Below the pieces are notes generated by a model. That model saw only the letters and a program-made list of their open reading frames with translations. It was not told the DNA's origin and made no database searches. Of a stretch of 51,935 nt of DNA, positions 48,938-51,935 are shown one piece after another. This DNA comes from a virus (Duplodnaviria > Caudoviricetes), in IMG/VR virus record IMGVR_UViG_3300017705_000711, positions 1-51,935 of that record, one strand, 5' to 3'. Both the position numbers and the translations under genes were made by a program. Numbering within the stretch: position 1 is the stretch's first letter; the number at the start of each line of letters is the position of its first letter.

Positions 48938-49154
48938 AGAAACATATATCGTAAACAAAAGATGCTTTGCCAATGAGTTCGTATCTGTTAAAGCAAACTC
49001 TAAAGCAGACGCAATAGCAAAGGCAAAAGAAAACGAGGGGAATACCCTGTATGGACATCTTGAGTATAACGGTTATCTTCCATCTAATATGTGGTCTGTC
49101 GAAAAGATGAAAGAGACAAACGAGCATTATCGTGAAAACCCATCAAAAAATTGA
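48930..49154 (+). CDS. Hypothetical protein
   Basis: 74 aa; VKANSKADAIAKA. Confidence 0.65.
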   Translation: MSKETYIVNKRCFANEFVSVKANSKADAIAKAKENEGNTLYGHLEYNGYLPSNMWSVEKMKETNEHYRENPSKN

Positions 49155-49378
49155 AGGAGAAACAAAAACCCATGGACACAGAAAACAATACAAGTGGTAG
49201 TGAAGGAGGACACCCATACTTTACTACAGCACATAAACAATCACTAAGACTAAGACTAATGAATAAGTATAACCTATGGTCTACAATACTAAACTATAAG
49301 TTAGGTAGCCCTCTATTATCAGACCTCTATAGTCTAATCAAATGTGGTGTTATTATTAAGATTTTATTCTTTTTATAA
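49151..49378 (+). CDS. Hypothetical protein with hydrophobic C-terminus
   Basis: Last ORF of the + strand run; start uncertain. Confidence 0.5.
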   Translation: MKEKQKPMDTENNTSGSEGGHPYFTTAHKQSLRLRLMNKYNLWSTILNYKLGSPLLSDLYSLIKCGVIIKILFFL

Positions 49379-49725
49379 CCCAAAACGGATTAAAAGAAGA
49401 TTAAAACTCGGCACATACTTGGTAAAACTAATATAATTTGGTTGCTCACATAGACTTGATGCTCGTGTTCCTGTTCCAAATATGTGCCGTTTCTTTTATT
49501 CTTTTTTGTATAAACTAATACAATCTTGTTATAACTTGATGGTTTTTTTATTTCAGTTAGGGGGCTTGCCCAAAACATTAAAAAAAACAATAGCCATAAC
49601 GCCCCCCATTTAATCCGATTTCATGTGATTTCTTAACCATTAAAAGTCAAAAACTATTTAATATATTCTATTAAACTAAGAAAAGTCAAAACTATATCCC
49701 ATTTAATTTTTTTATTAAATACACG

Positions 49726-49765
49726 AACCTCGCACGGTAGCAATACTATGCGAGGTTATTTTTTT
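49726..49765 (+). terminator. Strong intrinsic terminator in the convergence zone
   Basis: aacctcgca..ggta-GCAA-tact..tgcgaggtt then a T run. Confidence 0.85.
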
Positions 49766-49976
49766 GTTCTAAGAAAAGTCAAAAGTAATATAGCACTAAC
49801 ACACACATAAGGAAAAGTCAAAAACACAATAAAGTTGGCACGTTCAAGAGCCACGACCGCTAACCTGAGATATCTATTGATTATATTATGTAATTTGTTC
49901 CGCTGTGTTAAACCATGTTATACCTATTTTACTTTAACTAAATCCCATAAGGATACAATCCCCATAAGAGCCTAAT

Positions 49977-50005
49977 ATTATACCACAGCCTAAGCATATA
50001 GTCAA
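49977..50005 (-). promoter_or_regulatory. Sigma70 promoter
   Basis: Minus strand TTGACT-17 nt-TATAAT with extended TG. Confidence 0.75.
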
Positions 50006-50144
50006 GTGTTATGTCCTTTATATTAAAGCACTTACGCGCGCCCGTTCTTTTTATTCTTTTTTACTCACAACTTTTCGCATTTAAAACCTGCGGAGCAAAG
50101 GACTTAGGGGCGTGGCGGTGCACTCGGTCTGCCAAAATGGCATA

Positions 50145-50378
50145 CTAAGCCCCTTCTTCTAAGTAAAGAGGCTTAATGTTATCAAAAGTTATTCGCGTAA
50201 GCGTCCTGTCCTTATTCGCAACCCATTTCCCTTTACAATGGGAACAAGTTACACTTGTGGTAGAACGCTCATCAAGGTGTAGAGAGAAAGTATCACACTC
50301 TACACACTTTAGACAGCCGAGAGAGAGGCTTTCTAATAACCTCTCCCTCTTGCTTTTAGATATGCCGTATTTACTCAC
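50145..50378 (-). CDS. Small zinc-ribbon protein
   Basis: CVEC...CSHC. Confidence 0.65.
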   Translation of the reverse strand: MSKYGISKSKRERLLESLSLGCLKCVECDTFSLHLDERSTTSVTCSHCKGKWVANKDRTLTRITFDNIKPLYLEEGA

Positions 50379-50754
50379 TTAATTCTTGCTCAAGTAAAGC
50401 GTCAATATCAATATCTTGGGAAGCAAGAATCTCTTGAGCCTTTTCCATACGGTCAGCCTTTAGAGATGCTATTTCCTGCTCTAAACTTGCTTGGGTTTCG
50501 TTAGCATTAGCCAAGTTTACATGGCATTCTTCAATTTGTGCTTGAAGTTTAGCGATACGAGCGTCCAAGCCGTTATCTGAATTAGTCCAACGACGAACTT
50601 TGGTCAATTCTTTCTGAACATTCTTAATAGAAAAGTCAAAAGCCTTAATCTCTTTGTGGTCTGATACTACCTCACGAGCGACACGCTCTTTGAGTTTAGA
50701 AATCTTCTTCTGAGCGTCTTGAAGTAGTTGAAATGCGGAACGATGTTTTGCCAT
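50371..50754 (-). CDS. Coiled-coil hypothetical protein
   Basis: 127 aa heptad pattern; AAGGAG SD; own promoter. Confidence 0.8.
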   Translation of the reverse strand: MAKHRSAFQLLQDAQKKISKLKERVAREVVSDHKEIKAFDFSIKNVQKELTKVRRWTNSDNGLDARIAKLQAQIEECHVNLANANETQASLEQEIASLKADRMEKAQEILASQDIDIDALLEQELSE

Positions 50755-50802
50755 GTGTATAATCTCCTTGATTTGGGTAATGGACTTGATTTGTGAATGT
50801 AT

Positions 50803-50831
50803 ATTATACCGTCGCCTATAGCGTTTGTCAA
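50803..50831 (-). promoter_or_regulatory. Consensus sigma70 early promoter
   Basis: TTGACA-17 nt-TATAAT with upstream T tract. Confidence 0.9.
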
Positions 50832-50959
50832 GTAAAAAAAGTCAAAAACATTGATTTTTCTAAAAGTATTTAAAAAATAATACCCCAGCCCCAGCCGCAG
50901 CCGCCAGGGAAAAGTCAAAAGTCAATACTGCCAAAATGGCAGCCGCGGTGCAGGCTCTG

Positions 50960-51190
50960 CTAATTTCCCATAGCATACCCATGGTCAGTAAAGCAACGCT
51001 CTGCGTGAGAGTATGCTCTATCCTCTTCTTCACAGTGCCAAGAGCGCTGACCCTCCTCACAATCACAGAGGACACGGTCAGACCATGCGACATTTTCGGG
51101 AAGTTCCCAGATTTCAGAGCTAAGCCAAGTAGCACCGACATATCCAGTATCCGAGCATTTAGAACAATCAAAAGAGGTGGTAGATTTCAT
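50960..51190 (-). CDS. Small Cys-rich protein, leaderless
   Basis: MKSTTSFDCSKCSDTG...CDCEEG; ATG 7 nt after TATAAT. Confidence 0.72.
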   Translation of the reverse strand: MKSTTSFDCSKCSDTGYVGATWLSSEIWELPENVAWSDRVLCDCEEGQRSWHCEEEDRAYSHAERCFTDHGYAMGN

Positions 51191-51197
51191 TATACAT

Positions 51198-51226
51198 ATT
51201 ATAACATAACCGTAACACGCTGTCAA
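51198..51226 (-). promoter_or_regulatory. Consensus sigma70 early promoter
   Basis: TTGACA-17 nt-TATAAT. Confidence 0.92.
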
Positions 51227-51361
51227 GTAAAAAACAATAAAAATTCGGGCGGGGTGCAGGTGACTGCCAAAATGGCAGGGTTTTTTGTGAGAAACCCTAG
51301 AAAAACTCCCTCCCTAATTTACTTTACACGCCGTGAGGTTAGCGAGATATAATCAATCAAT

Positions 51362-51580
51362 CTACATATCAAATGAATCAAAATAAGGGTCAGAGCCATC
51401 GCAGATATCATCGACATCTTCCACAGCCTTGTCCATTGCCTTATCCCCTTGAGGACAGTCGCAATATATTTGACCGTCAATTAGACCGTCATCATAACAC
51501 GCACCGCAGTTAGGCATATTAGTAGCCTCACACGCCTCATTAGGCGAGTAAGAAGAATCATAGTAGTTGATTGATTTCAT
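51362..51580 (-). CDS. Small Cys-rich acidic protein, leaderless
   Basis: MKSINYY...CGACYDDG...CDCPQG; ATG 7 nt after TATAAT. Confidence 0.72.
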   Translation of the reverse strand: MKSINYYDSSYSPNEACEATNMPNCGACYDDGLIDGQIYCDCPQGDKAMDKAVEDVDDICDGSDPYFDSFDM

Positions 51581-51587
51581 TATACAT

Positions 51588-51616
51588 ATTATATCATCGC
51601 CGAAGCCTCCTGTCAA
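51588..51616 (-). promoter_or_regulatory. Consensus sigma70 early promoter
   Basis: TTGACA-17 nt-TATAAT. Confidence 0.92.
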
Positions 51617-51721
51617 GTAAAAAACAATAAAACTTTTAAAAACAGGGTAAAATGACCGGACTGCCAAAATGGCAGCCGGGGTGCAGCTCCCTTGATTTTT
51701 TCAAGGGGAAAGTGGGGTTTA

Positions 51722-51935
51722 TTATATAAACCATTTTTCCTTGACCTTATGCCCATGAAGCGCGTATTTTATAACCTTAACCGATTTTGACCAACACGCG
51801 CGACATGACGCACATTTTCCTTTCCGCGTAAACGCTCGGCATAAACTTTCACCCTTGCTCGGCTTAAACTCATCGGCGGATTGTATAATGGTGGAAGTAG
51901 GCGCAGAGTTGCTCATTACAATAGCACCGTTAATA
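51722..51935 (-). CDS. C-terminus of a GP88-like Cys-rich phage protein, 5'-truncated
   Basis: C.A...GKCASCRACWSKSVKVIKY..H; frame open to the window edge. Confidence 0.7.
   Translation of the reverse strand, partial: INGAIVMSNSAPTSTIIQSADEFKPSKGESLCRAFTRKGKCASCRACWSKSVKVIKYALHGHKVKEKWFI

Larger units (their letters stand above)
49642..50926 (+). repeat. Cluster 2 of polar motif AAAAGTCAAA (7 exact copies)
   Basis: Starts 49642, 49681, 49774, 49813, 50631, 50837, 50910. Confidence 0.85.
50129..51675 (-). repeat. Four copies of palindrome CTGCCAAAATGGCA(G)
   Basis: 50129-50142, 50928-50942, 51264-51278, 51661-51675, each with a nearby GGTGCA. Confidence 0.9.

Noticed and set aside
49390-49590. 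66-aa minus-strand ORF
   Set aside because: Low-complexity, non-ATG start, no SD or adjacent promoter
50883-50905. Short cagcc-type tandem repeat
   Set aside because: Three to four degenerate hexamers, single occurrence, no supportable function
50860-51352. ORFs 50860-51171 (-) and 50936-51352 (+)
   Set aside because: Run through promoters and palindromes; the leaderless 50960-51190 frame explains the region better
50937-51685. Sigma54 promoters at tggcagccgcggtgca and tggcagccggggtgca (GG-N10-GC)
   Set aside because: Only two of five palindrome copies fit, they point antisense to the local genes, and the CACG/TTGC consensus is weak
49379-51935. CRISPR array among the repeats
   Set aside because: Repeats are 10-15 bp or promoter-sized with irregular spacing; no constant repeat-spacer period and no cas genes
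1-51935. Stop-codon reassignment
   Set aside because: Genes are full length and tightly packed in the standard code; TAA, TAG and TGA all end genes; the only tRNA is not a suppressor

Overview
A 52-kb fragment of a large T4-like (myovirus-type) tailed phage genome in the standard genetic code; host not identifiable from the window. Left (1-8.3 kb): 3' end of the gp23 major capsid gene, gp13 neck, gp15 tail completion, gp18 sheath, gp19 tube and an 805-aa unknown. 8.3-21 kb: replication/recombination block (resolvase-like nuclease, gp55-like late sigma, a family A DNA polymerase split into three coupled genes with a UDG-like N-terminal domain, gp47/gp46, GroES, class II RNR, dUTPase, gp41 helicase, UvsY, gp32). 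21-36 kb: a large glycan-building cluster (about six glycosyltransferases, FkbM methylase, WbqC, deacetylase-like, NDP-sugar dehydrogenase, fcl/gmd, rmlABCD) interleaved with RecA/UvsX and a Clp-type ATPase. 36-40 kb: small or structural-like unknowns and tRNA-Arg(UCU). 40.4-52 kb: AT-richer early-type region with consensus sigma70 promoters, MoxR AAA/HEXXH/vWA genes, a second sigma-like gene and many small ORFs. Most notable: the three-piece polymerase, a polar 10-mer AAAAGTCAAA seen 16 times in two clusters, a CTGCCA-N3-TGGCAG palindrome tied to early promoters, leaderless and bidirectional TATAAT starts, structured RNA leaders, and apparent GATC/GGCC avoidance. All calls are from motif recognition by eye; no searches were run.
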